A stretch of 45,265 nt of DNA, from IMG/VR virus record IMGVR_UViG_3300046778_000032, positions 1 to 45,265 of that record; one strand, given 5' to 3'. Shown here in pieces: positions 1 to 8,822 of the stretch (the stretch's first letter is position 1; the number at the start of each line of letters is the position of its first letter). Source of the stretch: a virus (Duplodnaviria > Caudoviricetes). The position numbers and the translations under genes were made by a program. The notes under the pieces were generated by a model. It did not search any database. It was not told the origin of the DNA and saw only the letters and a program-made list of their open reading frames with translations.

Positions 1-26
1 TAACAGGTGCTTGTTGCACGGGTTGT
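1..26. repeat. Terminal overlap (circular assembly junction), copy 1
   Basis: TAACAGGTGCTTGTTGCACGGGTTGT at 1-26 is identical to 45240-45265, and an ORF reads in frame across the join. Confidence 0.95.
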
Positions 27-406
27 GCAATCGGATTAGCTCCGATATAGTTGTTATATTTACCATCAGACGTAACATCCACTTCCAACTCAAACAAGAT
101 ATTATGAAGTTGCTGAGTGTCCTGAACGTGTAAAACACCTACCGCATGGCAGATTGCGCTGAATTGACCATGGCCAATCTCTACAGCTTTTTGAGAGGGA
201 TTTTCCCAATTGATAGAAATCATAATGTCTTGACCATGATTAGATCCTCCATTGATAGTATGATGAAGCTCTAGCAATTTACCTGATCCATTAGATGTAG
301 GTTTAAATTCCGATTTAGAAATATAAACAGGATACTTGCCTTTAGGGACAGCGGAAAATCCGCGGTTAGGTGCTACTTGTGTAGCGTCAAAGTTAATACC
401 GGCCAT
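1..406 (-). CDS. DUF669-family ssDNA-binding protein, 5' part (continues across the junction to 45133; 170 aa total)
   Basis: Manual translation from ATG 406: MAGINFDATQVAPNRGFSAVPKGKYPVYISKSEFKPTSNGSGKLLEL...SQKAVEIGHGQFSAICHAVG, a DUF669-like pattern followed by a Q/P/A-rich tail; directly downstream of the Sak4-like ATPase. Confidence 0.8.
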   Translation of the reverse strand, partial: MAGINFDATQVAPNRGFSAVPKGKYPVYISKSEFKPTSNGSGKLLELHHTINGGSNHGQDIMISINWENPSQKAVEIGHGQFSAICHAVGVLHVQDTQQLHNILFELEVDVTSDGKYNNYIGANPIAQPVQQAPV

Positions 407-434
407 AATTTTAGTTAGTTAGTTTGGTTGTTGT

Positions 435-1217
435 TTATTGTTGTTGTGAAGCTGCTAGCGTATTAATAAACGCATTCCAGCTTAATTCGCAGGGTTTCCT
501 TATACCATAACGATTCCCTGCAAGGTATGCTTGTGAGGTTTCAAACTGTAACAGGCGCTTACCTGTTTCGATAGCTCTATGACGCTTTTCGCCTTTCTCT
601 ATCGCTTTAGTTGTTTCCGTCTCACTTGTAAATTTTTCTACCATAGCGAAAGCTATGATATCGGCCCATTCTTTTAATAATTCCAATGAACCATTTTGAC
701 CTTTGGGTGAGTATAGTTTCATTGTCCACAAATCATAAGGCTCACCTAAAGGATCATTAAAAAGCAAGGCTTTACTATGGCAAAGTATAATGATCCATTT
801 TCCTTGTGCATTTAGTCTATCAAGTCTTAACAAGACTTTATTCCACTCTGTAAGAAGTTCGAGATAACCTTTACCATAACCTCCGGCACACTCAGCAATG
901 GATTTCTTGTTATACTTACGGCAAAGATATTCGCAAATAAGAGTTTCTAACCAGTCCGCTGTATCAATAACCAGTTTATCATATTGGTTTAGATTATACT
1001 CACACCATGCCAAAGCATTATTAAATTCCTCGTATGTCTCTAATCGTTTTTTTCCTTGCTCAGTTAGAGCAATAGCGTTCAAGCCTTTTAGTCCTTCTTC
1101 TGTAGGTAAGAACACAGAGCCGATTGTATTAGCAAAAGTAGATTTACCCACTTTTTCCCCGCCATGTAATACTATTCTAGGCGGACTAGAATTGAAAGTT
1201 TTTTGAGGTTGAATCAT
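435..1217 (-). CDS. Sak4-like / AAA_24 P-loop ATPase (ssDNA-annealing recombinase)
   Basis: Walker A GGEKVGKST, Walker B LVIDTADWLE, GYGKGY and EWAD motifs; adjacent to the SSB-like gene. Confidence 0.85.
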   Translation of the reverse strand: MIQPQKTFNSSPPRIVLHGGEKVGKSTFANTIGSVFLPTEEGLKGLNAIALTEQGKKRLETYEEFNNALAWCEYNLNQYDKLVIDTADWLETLICEYLCRKYNKKSIAECAGGYGKGYLELLTEWNKVLLRLDRLNAQGKWIIILCHSKALLFNDPLGEPYDLWTMKLYSPKGQNGSLELLKEWADIIAFAMVEKFTSETETTKAIEKGEKRHRAIETGKRLLQFETSQAYLAGNRYGIRKPCELSWNAFINTLAASQQQ

Positions 1218-1333
1218 AAGAAAATATAGATAAGAATAATTAGAAATGTCACAAAAATTATTTTATTAATCATAGATTTTCGATTCTTTCTCAACTGTCT
1301 GGAAGAGGTATATGATATGATATATGTGGACAT
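1214..1333 (-). CDS. 39-aa small membrane peptide
   Basis: MSTYIISYTSSRQLRKNRKSMINKIIFVTFLIILIYIFL; its stop overlaps the ATPase ATG (ATGA). Confidence 0.5.
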   Translation of the reverse strand: MSTYIISYTSSRQLRKNRKSMINKIIFVTFLIILIYIFL

Positions 1334-1334
1334 T

Positions 1335-1508
1335 TTATTTATAAGGTAAAACTTGCGCCATAAGCCTTTCACGTTCCATTTGCCTGATCTTTAGTTCTTG
1401 ATCTGCTTTGCTAGGTAATTTTTGAGCTTGCTTTCTAAACTCAGTCCATCCGCAACTTGTCCAATATAAACTAGGTATAAAGCGTTTGATTATGTATAGT
1501 TTTTTCAT
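1335..1508 (-). CDS. 57-aa hypothetical protein
   Basis: MKKLYIIKRFIPSLYWTSCGWTEFRKQAQK...; ATGA overlap with the upstream gene stop. Confidence 0.65.
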   Translation of the reverse strand: MKKLYIIKRFIPSLYWTSCGWTEFRKQAQKLPSKADQELKIRQMERERLMAQVLPYK

Positions 1509-2041
1509 GCTAATTGCTCCAAAAATTTAATTAGTTCAAGTGAATTGGTAAAGCCAAAGAAATCACACCATTTTTCGGCAGCGTCGGGATTAACCAGACT
1601 TCCGTTTAAGTATAATTGTCCACCAATAGAAACTAATCCAAGGGGTATTGAAATCTTTCCTTCATATTCTAGCACAGGTGCGGAAGGTTTACAGGTAACG
1701 CATTTAGCTAGTTCCGCTTTCTCAGCATCACTAAGCTTATTATACTCTTTCATAACAAGCACGGGTTTAGGCTTAGGATAATTATACCATTCCCCGTTAC
1801 CTACATCGACAACTTCTTCTAATTGTGATTCGTCGATGGAATAAGTTTCTTTAACTACACCTTTTAATTCAATTCCTACATCCGCAATAGATAGGCGATT
1901 GGTTCCGATTTTAGGATTTGTAAAAGCTAACTGAATTATCTTATCTCTAAGCTTGCGTTCTTTTTCTTTGGCAATTTTGAGGTAGTTAGAAACCTCGTTA
2001 TGCTGACAAACAAGTTCATATAGTAATACTTTATTGCTCAT
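1505..2041 (-). CDS. Hypothetical phage replication-module protein
   Basis: Probable start MSNKVLLYELV at 2041, just after the upstream stop at 2046; N-terminal coiled coil (KEKERKLRDKII). Confidence 0.7.
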   Translation of the reverse strand: MSNKVLLYELVCQHNEVSNYLKIAKEKERKLRDKIIQLAFTNPKIGTNRLSIADVGIELKGVVKETYSIDESQLEEVVDVGNGEWYNYPKPKPVLVMKEYNKLSDAEKAELAKCVTCKPSAPVLEYEGKISIPLGLVSIGGQLYLNGSLVNPDAAEKWCDFFGFTNSLELIKFLEQLA

Positions 2042-2045
2042 AGTT

Positions 2046-2285
2046 TTAGGGTCTGACAAATTGTTTACCGTTCCAACGCAATGCGCATTTGCCATCTTTA
2101 ATAGCATAGATGCGCTGTGAAGTATCATCTTGATAGATCCTGAAACCATACCCTTTAGGAATAAACCTTACTACATCCCAAAACTCTCTAGGATGCACCC
2201 TTGGCCATTTCCTAACTTTCCCTGTGAGCTTCATTCCGCTCTCTAGCGTAATGTTAGCCGTGATTGTTAGCGCGTGGTTGCTCAT
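2046..2285 (-). CDS. Hypothetical protein (79 aa)
   Basis: ATG at 2285 (MSNHALTITANITL); first gene of the leftward unit. Confidence 0.65.
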   Translation of the reverse strand: MSNHALTITANITLESGMKLTGKVRKWPRVHPREFWDVVRFIPKGYGFRIYQDDTSQRIYAIKDGKCALRWNGKQFVRP

Positions 2286-2295
2286 GTCGAGACGG

Positions 2296-2383
2296 ACTCT
2301 GAAAGGTCCGACAAATCGAAGCAAGCGAATTTTTACATTTTTGGCAAAAAAAAATTGACGCTCTTATAACACCTTGTCAGTCT
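2296..2383. promoter_or_regulatory. Divergent sigma70-like promoter pair
   Basis: + strand TTGACG(2355)-N17-CAGTCT after an A-tract; - strand TTGCTT(2324)-N17-CAGAGT; lies between divergent genes; -10 matches are weak. Confidence 0.5.
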
Positions 2384-2392
2384 CCGGTTGCC

Positions 2393-2557
2393 ATGCTCGA
2401 ACGTGTTTTAAAACTCCTTGAAAATAAGTCACTTACAGAAATTGCGACTAAAACAGGATTGTCGTATTTTTGGCTTAGAAGAATTAAGAATGGTTCGGTA
2501 TCTTCACCTAATTTGAAGAAGTTAGAATTTCTCTATGATTACTTGCAAAAACTATGA
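2393..2557 (+). CDS. Cro/XRE-like helix-turn-helix protein (54 aa, not in the ORF track)
   Basis: MLERVLKLLENKSLTEIATKTGLSYFWLRRIKNGSVSSPNLKKLEFLYDYLQKL shows an XRE HTH pattern; sits upstream of the primase. Confidence 0.8.
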   Translation: MLERVLKLLENKSLTEIATKTGLSYFWLRRIKNGSVSSPNLKKLEFLYDYLQKL

Positions 2558-4814
2558 TTTTATTCCGCAAGAATTAAAACAACTCAAACAATGGGTTTGC
2601 TGCAATGATACACTAACTAAATTACCACTAGATCCGAATACTCTAAAAGTTGCTAGCGTAGATAACCCTAATACATGGGGAACATACGAATTAGCAGTTG
2701 CACGCAATACGGCACATATAGGATTTGTATTTACAGCTAATGATCCTTATTGTGTCATTGATTTAGATGATAAACCCGAAAAACCTGCTTCTGAAGATGA
2801 TAGGCAATTGTTTCAAGCTATACTTAAACAATTCGATACTTGTTATACAGAGATAAGTCAATCAGGTTGCGGTGTCCACATTATTACTAAAGGGCCAATC
2901 TTTCCCGGTTGTCACAAGGGAAATGTAGAACTCTATAGCAAAGGTCGATACATGATCTTTACTGGAAACGTTCTAGGTCCGCTAAGACCAATTGAGGATG
3001 AATCCGATTCGGTCATTGGCTTGCACAATTACCTGTCCACAAATCGCACCACCACGCCGCTTCTGTGGCTCCCGGCGACCCTAGGAGACAATGACATACT
3101 CCGCATGGCTGGAGAGGCCAGAAATGGCTCTGGTGAGAAATTTCAAGCCTTGTGGCGCGGGTGTCCGCAAATGATTGCACAGCTTAACAACGGCAACGGC
3201 GGACAGTCTGAAGCCGATAATTCGCTCTTATCTCTTCTAGCTTTTTACTCTCAATCCGACGAACAAGTTATAAGATTGTTTCGTCAATCTGCTTTAGGTA
3301 AACGTGACAAGGCTTATAGGGATGACTATATCCACAATAGCTTAGAAAAAATTAGAGGTAGTTTTAAGAAACCTTATAATGACATTAAAATTGATTTTGT
3401 GGCTATAGAGCATAACACTATTAAGGCAAAAGAAGCTGCAAATAATAAAAAGGAATCTTCTGTTTATTTTCCTAAAGGTTTAGTCGGTGATATAGCACAA
3501 TATATTTTTGATACATCGAAACGCCCGGTAAGAGAAATTAGCCTAACTGCTTCAATGGCACTTGTTACAAGCATTGTTCAACGTGCCTATAACATTTCAC
3601 ATACTGGATTGAATCAATACTTTATTCTAATCGCCGGCACTGGTAGAGGTAAGGAAGAGGGAAGAAAAGGTATAAAGAGAATCATTAAAGCATGTAGAGA
3701 AGAATTAATGCAGTTAGATATTCAATCTATTGTAGATGATTTTGTTGGAGCGGGTGGTTTTGAATCAGGACAAGGCTTAGTTAGGAACATTGCAGACAAG
3801 CCTTGTTCACTATCAATGCTAGGTGAGTTTGGTGATACATTGGCAGAAATGACCAGTAGTAGGGTTAACCCTAACATTAAACGTATCTCTACAGTATTGC
3901 GTGATGTTTACAACCAATCAGGACACACTGACAGCTTTATAGGTTCTGCTTATGCGGACCTTGCAAAGAATATTAAAGATGTTAAATCCCCTAACTTAAC
4001 TATCTATGCGGAAGGTGCTATTGATACTTTCTATGATGCAATTGAGCAATCACAAATTGCAAACGGGTTGTTACCTCGTTTCTTGATTTTGGAGTATGAA
4101 GGAAAAAGAGTTTATTCCCGTAAGGTGGATAACATGCAAGTTCCTAGACATATCATTGATAGATTGAAGGAACTTTACATTACCTGTTATTCTACGATGA
4201 AAGCTGAAAACGTTTGCGAAGTTCAAATGAGTTCCGAAGCTGAAATGTTATTAGGTAATACTGGAACATTTGATAACGAAACAACCGATTTAATTAATGA
4301 CGGTAGTAGTGCTTCAATCAGTGAATTGTGGAACCGTTCGCATTTAAAAGCTATGAAGCTTGCAGCAATGATGGCTGTTTGTGAAAACTCTATAAATCCT
4401 TGTATAACTAAAGAACAAGCGGAGTGGTCGATAAATCTTGTTAAAATTACCACACAAAATCTAATATCTAAATTTGAGTCTGGAGAAATTAGTCATGGCG
4501 ATAGCAAACAAGATCATGATTTCAAAAAGGAGTTTATTCGCTATTTAAAAATGACACCTGCTCAAAGACAAAATGCAGGTGCAGGAAAAGAACTTTCTAA
4601 TCAAAAGGATTTTGTTCCTTATTCAACAATCAAAAACAACTTAAAAAAGTTAGCAAGTTTTAAGAACGTTAGTCGTGGTGAAACTACAGTGATTGATTCT
4701 GTTTTTGCCAGAATGGTTAGAGAACAAGTTATTATACAGATTGATCCTCAAATAGCTATTGAAAAATGCGGATGTAAAGCTCCTATTTATTCAATTGGTC
4801 CTGAGTGGAAATAA
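2535..4814 (+). CDS. NrS-1-like primase-polymerase fused to a DUF3987-like helicase and C-terminal domain
   Basis: QWV, NPNTWGTY, YCVIDLDD, TEISQSGCGVHI (AEP motifs); SEADNSLLSLLAFY...RLFRQSAL helix bundle; P-loop-like GTGRGKE. Confidence 0.85.
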   Translation: MITCKNYDFIPQELKQLKQWVCCNDTLTKLPLDPNTLKVASVDNPNTWGTYELAVARNTAHIGFVFTANDPYCVIDLDDKPEKPASEDDRQLFQAILKQFDTCYTEISQSGCGVHIITKGPIFPGCHKGNVELYSKGRYMIFTGNVLGPLRPIEDESDSVIGLHNYLSTNRTTTPLLWLPATLGDNDILRMAGEARNGSGEKFQALWRGCPQMIAQLNNGNGGQSEADNSLLSLLAFYSQSDEQVIRLFRQSALGKRDKAYRDDYIHNSLEKIRGSFKKPYNDIKIDFVAIEHNTIKAKEAANNKKESSVYFPKGLVGDIAQYIFDTSKRPVREISLTASMALVTSIVQRAYNISHTGLNQYFILIAGTGRGKEEGRKGIKRIIKACREELMQLDIQSIVDDFVGAGGFESGQGLVRNIADKPCSLSMLGEFGDTLAEMTSSRVNPNIKRISTVLRDVYNQSGHTDSFIGSAYADLAKNIKDVKSPNLTIYAEGAIDTFYDAIEQSQIANGLLPRFLILEYEGKRVYSRKVDNMQVPRHIIDRLKELYITCYSTMKAENVCEVQMSSEAEMLLGNTGTFDNETTDLINDGSSASISELWNRSHLKAMKLAAMMAVCENSINPCITKEQAEWSINLVKITTQNLISKFESGEISHGDSKQDHDFKKEFIRYLKMTPAQRQNAGAGKELSNQKDFVPYSTIKNNLKKLASFKNVSRGETTVIDSVFARMVREQVIIQIDPQIAIEKCGCKAPIYSIGPEWK

Positions 4815-5359
4815 GGTTTAACTAACGTTGCATCGAAAGCAGGAATTAGGCTATTGTCCAATTCCTGCTTTTTTGTGTTTAATGCGCTTAGTATTTCAAA
4901 GAAATCAGGTTTAGATTGTTTATATTCTTTTAACTTATAAATAATAGCTTTTGTTTTATATATTTCTTTGGCTTCATCTTTAGGGATTTCCACAATGTAA
5001 CCTGATTCAATCATTCTGTTGATTGTATTTTGTAAATTAATATCAACGTTATGTTTAAAAGATGCAAATCTATGTAGGTAATTTTTTAAGTTAGAATGTG
5101 GAACGACGTTGTATTTAGATACAGATCGACCTGCTCCATAATTATTTATTCTTTTTAAAGGTGTTAGTTTTAAATACTTTTCGAAAGCTTTTTTGAAATC
5201 TTCGTCTTGTTTTTCTTCATTGCTAGAATCATCATATAAAGTTGGTAATTCCGAATAATAAAATTCAATACCTGCTTCTGTTAACAGTTTAGAAGCTTCT
5301 TTGAAGTTATCTTTATCTGCGAAGTAAAGAACTGCTCTGTTTCTGTTTAGTTTTTTCAT
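4787..5359 (-). CDS. Stand-alone paralog of the primase-helicase C-terminal domain
   Basis: KQDEDFKKAFEKYLKLTP vs KQDHDFKKEFIRYLKMTP in the primase, with further matching blocks. Confidence 0.8.
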   Translation of the reverse strand: MKKLNRNRAVLYFADKDNFKEASKLLTEAGIEFYYSELPTLYDDSSNEEKQDEDFKKAFEKYLKLTPLKRINNYGAGRSVSKYNVVPHSNLKNYLHRFASFKHNVDINLQNTINRMIESGYIVEIPKDEAKEIYKTKAIIYKLKEYKQSKPDFFEILSALNTKKQELDNSLIPAFDATLVKPYFHSGPIE

Positions 5360-5442
5360 ACCTAAATTGGTTTTAATTCAATCTTACCAAGATGCAAGAA
5401 AAATATGTAAATTACATACTAACATATTCTTACACTAACTCA

Positions 5443-5766
5443 TGACAGACGTTTCGACAGACGTTTCGACAGAGATTTAGAAGTCATAAGTTGTTTATTT
5501 TTAATGAGTTATAAATATATTTGTTAGTTTTTTACGTCTGTCAATCTCTGTCACTAAGAAAGACCTAAAAAGGGTCAAAAAACGTGTGCTTATCTATAGT
5601 TAAGCAAACGCAAAAAAGTTGCGTTAAGGAATCCCCCTACCCCTCTCCCAGACTTGACAGACACTTGAAAAATAGCTGGTTATTTTATATAACTCATTAA
5701 TTATTAATATATTATATATTACATATATATCTGTCATATTCTCTGTCAAAACCTCTGTCATCTGTT
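5443..5766. repeat. Iteron cluster and AT-rich region, putative replication origin
   Basis: GACAGA at 5444, 5456, 5468 and 5656; TCTGTCA at 5537, 5547, 5730, 5742 and 5754; 13-bp inverted repeat 5501-5513 / 5688-5700. Confidence 0.65.
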
Positions 5767-5932
5767 TATACAAATCTCTGGTAATATGTAATAACATAAA
5801 TAACAACAAATAAAAAAAATCATTCTTAGTCATAGCTAAAATAACTTGCAAATGCCCTAATCCTGCAAAAGTCTCTGACTTGCTAATGCACAAAAGTTGC
5901 GTCATATCGCCGCTGAATTGTGGAAATTAAGA

Positions 5933-5961
5933 TTGACCTTGTGCCTCTACTTCTATTTAAT
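5933..5961 (+). promoter_or_regulatory. Sigma70-like promoter for the rightward unit
   Basis: TTGACC-N17-TTTAAT, 9 nt before ATG 5971. Confidence 0.55.
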
Positions 5962-5970
5962 TTTGCTACG

Positions 5971-6357
5971 ATGAAACCCCTAAAGACAAGTCATCCTAAC
6001 TCTATCATACAAAACATTACATCGGCTAACCAATGTCTAAGTTGGTGGCTCATTCATTCGTTCCTATACTATCGCCTTGCTTGTCCTATTATATCAGATA
6101 AAGACTTTGATACTCTTACAAGTTGGCTTAAAATGTCTTGGGATCAGATAGAGCATATACACAAGCATCTTGTAACAATAGACGATCTTAACGCTAACTC
6201 TGGTTATGCTATTAGTTACCCCTTAATGGTTGAATGTGCGGCGAATCGGATATTGCGAGAAATAGAACAGAAAGTTTCACCTATACCTGCAAAAAAGATT
6301 GCCAAGGTAGTAACAAAGAATAACACTCACTCCGAATATGATACCCTTTTTGGTTAA
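5971..6357 (+). CDS. Protein resembling NAD+-dependent DNA ligase domain Ia (stand-alone)
   Basis: HSFLYYRLACPIISDKDFDTL resembles LigA YY..D.P.ISD.EYD; ATG at 5971 preferred over the upstream alternative start at 5920. Confidence 0.7.
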   Translation: MKPLKTSHPNSIIQNITSANQCLSWWLIHSFLYYRLACPIISDKDFDTLTSWLKMSWDQIEHIHKHLVTIDDLNANSGYAISYPLMVECAANRILREIEQKVSPIPAKKIAKVVTKNNTHSEYDTLFG

Positions 6358-6796
6358 AGAAAAATTGGCGCTTACTTATGGACAGAATTTTACATTACCT
6401 GCTCATATAGACTTGTTATTGCCGTTTGAACATGCTTATAAGGGTGATGAACATGATTTACAAAAAAGTTTCTTTGTGTGGATATCTCAATATGTTTTGC
6501 AATCGCCTAATTTAATTCTTGCTCATGCTATACCTAATGGAGGAACTAGAGACAAGATAACAGCGGGACGTTTAAAAGCAGAAGGGGTTAAAGCTGGTAT
6601 TCCTGATGTAAACATTCCTATACCTAGCGGAAACTATAACGGAATGTTTATTGAGTTTAAGGTTAAAAGAAATAAACCTACTGAGGATCAAAAAATCATG
6701 ATGCTTATGTTAGATTCACAAGGTTACAGGGTTATTTGTGTGAATGATCTTGAAACAGCTAAAAAAGAATTTGAAATGTATATGTATGGACAATGA
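6338..6796 (+). CDS. VRR-NUC domain nuclease
   Basis: EHDLQ, HAIPNGGTR, GVKAGIPD, FIEFK, PTEDQ. Confidence 0.9.
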   Translation: MIPFLVKEKLALTYGQNFTLPAHIDLLLPFEHAYKGDEHDLQKSFFVWISQYVLQSPNLILAHAIPNGGTRDKITAGRLKAEGVKAGIPDVNIPIPSGNYNGMFIEFKVKRNKPTEDQKIMMLMLDSQGYRVICVNDLETAKKEFEMYMYGQ

Positions 6797-7121
6797 CGAT
6801 GACATAGATACTTCAGGTATTCCGGACTTTGCACCTAACCCACAATGGGCAAAAGGTCCGCCTGATTTAGTTAAGACCATGCTAGAGTTAAGGGGATTAG
6901 CTGTTCCTGAAATAACTAGAGATACAGTTATCAATCAACTATATATCGAAGCAATGGATAGAAAGTCTAAAACACAGACTGCTAGAATAATGGCATGGAA
7001 GCTTATTTGTGATTTAAAAGGATATACTGAATCAACTAATGATATTGAAACTGTTAAATCAGACAAGCTTACACCTGAAGAAATGAAAGCAATTGCTAGA
7101 GAGTTTCAAAATACATACTAA
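6786..7121 (+). CDS. Putative terminase small subunit
   Basis: Position upstream of TerL; ITRDTVINQL...ARIMAWKLI pattern; ATG at 6786. Confidence 0.55.
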   Translation: MDNDDDIDTSGIPDFAPNPQWAKGPPDLVKTMLELRGLAVPEITRDTVINQLYIEAMDRKSKTQTARIMAWKLICDLKGYTESTNDIETVKSDKLTPEEMKAIAREFQNTY

Positions 7122-7122
7122 T

Positions 7123-7317
7123 ATGCCTATCAAAATACAACTAGTAAACGGAAAAGTTCCTGAATCATGTATGAAACTGCTAATTGATTTAGCAGGGCAT
7201 AGGGATGTATGCGATCAATGTTTCAAGGCTTATGCTAATAAAACAGCCAATTGGTGTGTTACAGGTTTTATGATTTTAGAAGAGTTAGGAAAACAACCTG
7301 AAGTTAGTAGTGTGTGA
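7123..7317 (+). CDS. Small Cys/His-containing hypothetical protein
   Basis: MPIKIQLVNG...HRDVCDQC...WC; stop overlaps the TerL start. Confidence 0.65.
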   Translation: MPIKIQLVNGKVPESCMKLLIDLAGHRDVCDQCFKAYANKTANWCVTGFMILEELGKQPEVSSV

Positions 7318-8795
7318 CAGATATACTAGAAAGCAAACAAGCATTAAAAGTCTTGCGCTACCAGTTAGAGCAAGATTTTTTGTCGTTTTGTCGTTACTTT
7401 TTTAAAGAGGTAATGGGTGATAGAATGATTATATCAGAGCATCATAAACTGTTAGCCAAAACATTGCAAAAAGTATATGATGGCAAGATAAAGCGTCTTG
7501 TTATAAACATGCCGCCGGGATATACTAAAACAGAGTTAGCTGTTGTTCATTTCATGGCATGGTGTCTGGCAAAAAATCCTAGATCCAGATTTATACATCC
7601 TACATATTCAAACAATTTAGCATTAGAAAACTCTACCAAAGTCAGAGACATTATAACATCTGACAAATATCAAGAATTATGGCCAATGGAATTGCGAAAT
7701 GATAGCAAGGCTAAAGGCGCATGGAAGAACACCAAAGGAGGAGGTTTGCAAGCTAGAGCGGCAGGGGGACCAATCACAGGCTTTCGAGCCGGTCAACCTG
7801 AAGAGGGATTCAGCGGCGCATTCATACTTGATGATCCTATCAAGCCTGATGACGGTAATCGTGATGTAATGGTTGAAAAGATCAATAACAGATTTAACAG
7901 TGTTTTTCGATCTCGTTTAATGAAAGAGAGTGAAACGCCTATGATTGTTATCATGCAAAGGATTAGTGTAAAAGATCCAAGTGCATTTTTGTTAAATGGC
8001 GGAATGAATTGCAAGTGGCATCATTTAAATTTACCTGCATTGATAGACTCAAACAAGAAACGTAAAGAATACACTCACGCTATACCTATCAAACACAATT
8101 TACCTGATGGTCCTTTGTGGTCTTACAAACATAATATAGAAGAATTAGAGAATCTGAAACAAGCAGATATTTATACATACTCCGCTCAATACGATCAAGA
8201 TCCTAGTCCTTTAGGTGGTGGTATATTTAAATCTGAATGGATACGCTATTACAAACTTGGTTCGATCATTCCAGAATATAGATTTATTACTGCTGATACG
8301 GCACAAAAGACGAAACAAGTAAACGATTATTCCGTCTTGCAATTGTGGGGAGTATTACAAGGCAATTTGTATTTGTTAGATCAGTTACGGGGTAAATGGG
8401 AAGCGCCTGAATTGAATGCTAATTTTAACGCATTCTGGTCAAAACATTTTAACCCTAGTTCTACAACTGGAAAGCTGAGATGTGCTTATGTAGAAGATAA
8501 AGCAAGTGGAACAGGATTGATTCAATACATACGTAAGCAATCTTCACCTGCTATTCCTATTAAAGCAATACAAAGGAATATCGACAAGCTAACCCGTGCA
8601 ATGGATGGTGTTCCGTATATTGCAAGCGGTAAGGTATTTATACCGGAACAGTCTGCTTTTACGCTTGACTTCAAGACTGAATTGCTAGAATTCAGCGGCG
8701 ATATGACGCATGCAAACGACGATCAGGTTGACACTATGTTAGACGCTATTGACATCGTATTCATGCCTAATAAAAAAGAAGCTGGAACTTGGTAA
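7314..8795 (+). CDS. terL: Terminase large subunit
   Basis: INMPPGYTKTE Walker A variant, ILDDPIKP Walker B, IVIMQR, nuclease motifs ADTAQK and NDDQVD. Confidence 0.95.
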   Translation: MTDILESKQALKVLRYQLEQDFLSFCRYFFKEVMGDRMIISEHHKLLAKTLQKVYDGKIKRLVINMPPGYTKTELAVVHFMAWCLAKNPRSRFIHPTYSNNLALENSTKVRDIITSDKYQELWPMELRNDSKAKGAWKNTKGGGLQARAAGGPITGFRAGQPEEGFSGAFILDDPIKPDDGNRDVMVEKINNRFNSVFRSRLMKESETPMIVIMQRISVKDPSAFLLNGGMNCKWHHLNLPALIDSNKKRKEYTHAIPIKHNLPDGPLWSYKHNIEELENLKQADIYTYSAQYDQDPSPLGGGIFKSEWIRYYKLGSIIPEYRFITADTAQKTKQVNDYSVLQLWGVLQGNLYLLDQLRGKWEAPELNANFNAFWSKHFNPSSTTGKLRCAYVEDKASGTGLIQYIRKQSSPAIPIKAIQRNIDKLTRAMDGVPYIASGKVFIPEQSAFTLDFKTELLEFSGDMTHANDDQVDTMLDAIDIVFMPNKKEAGTW

Positions 8796-8822
8796 TATAT
8801 TTTCAAAAATAACTATAATAAA

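Noticed and set aside
1-26. 26-bp terminal repeat as a biological direct terminal repeat or att site
   Set aside because: It falls inside a coding sequence that reads through the join, so it is best explained as assembler overlap of a circular contig
5444-5474. Mini CRISPR array
   Set aside because: 12-bp tandem units without spacers; they fit iterons
5624-5905. 93-aa ORF across the origin region
   Set aside because: Low-complexity translation of AT-rich repeat DNA; probably spurious
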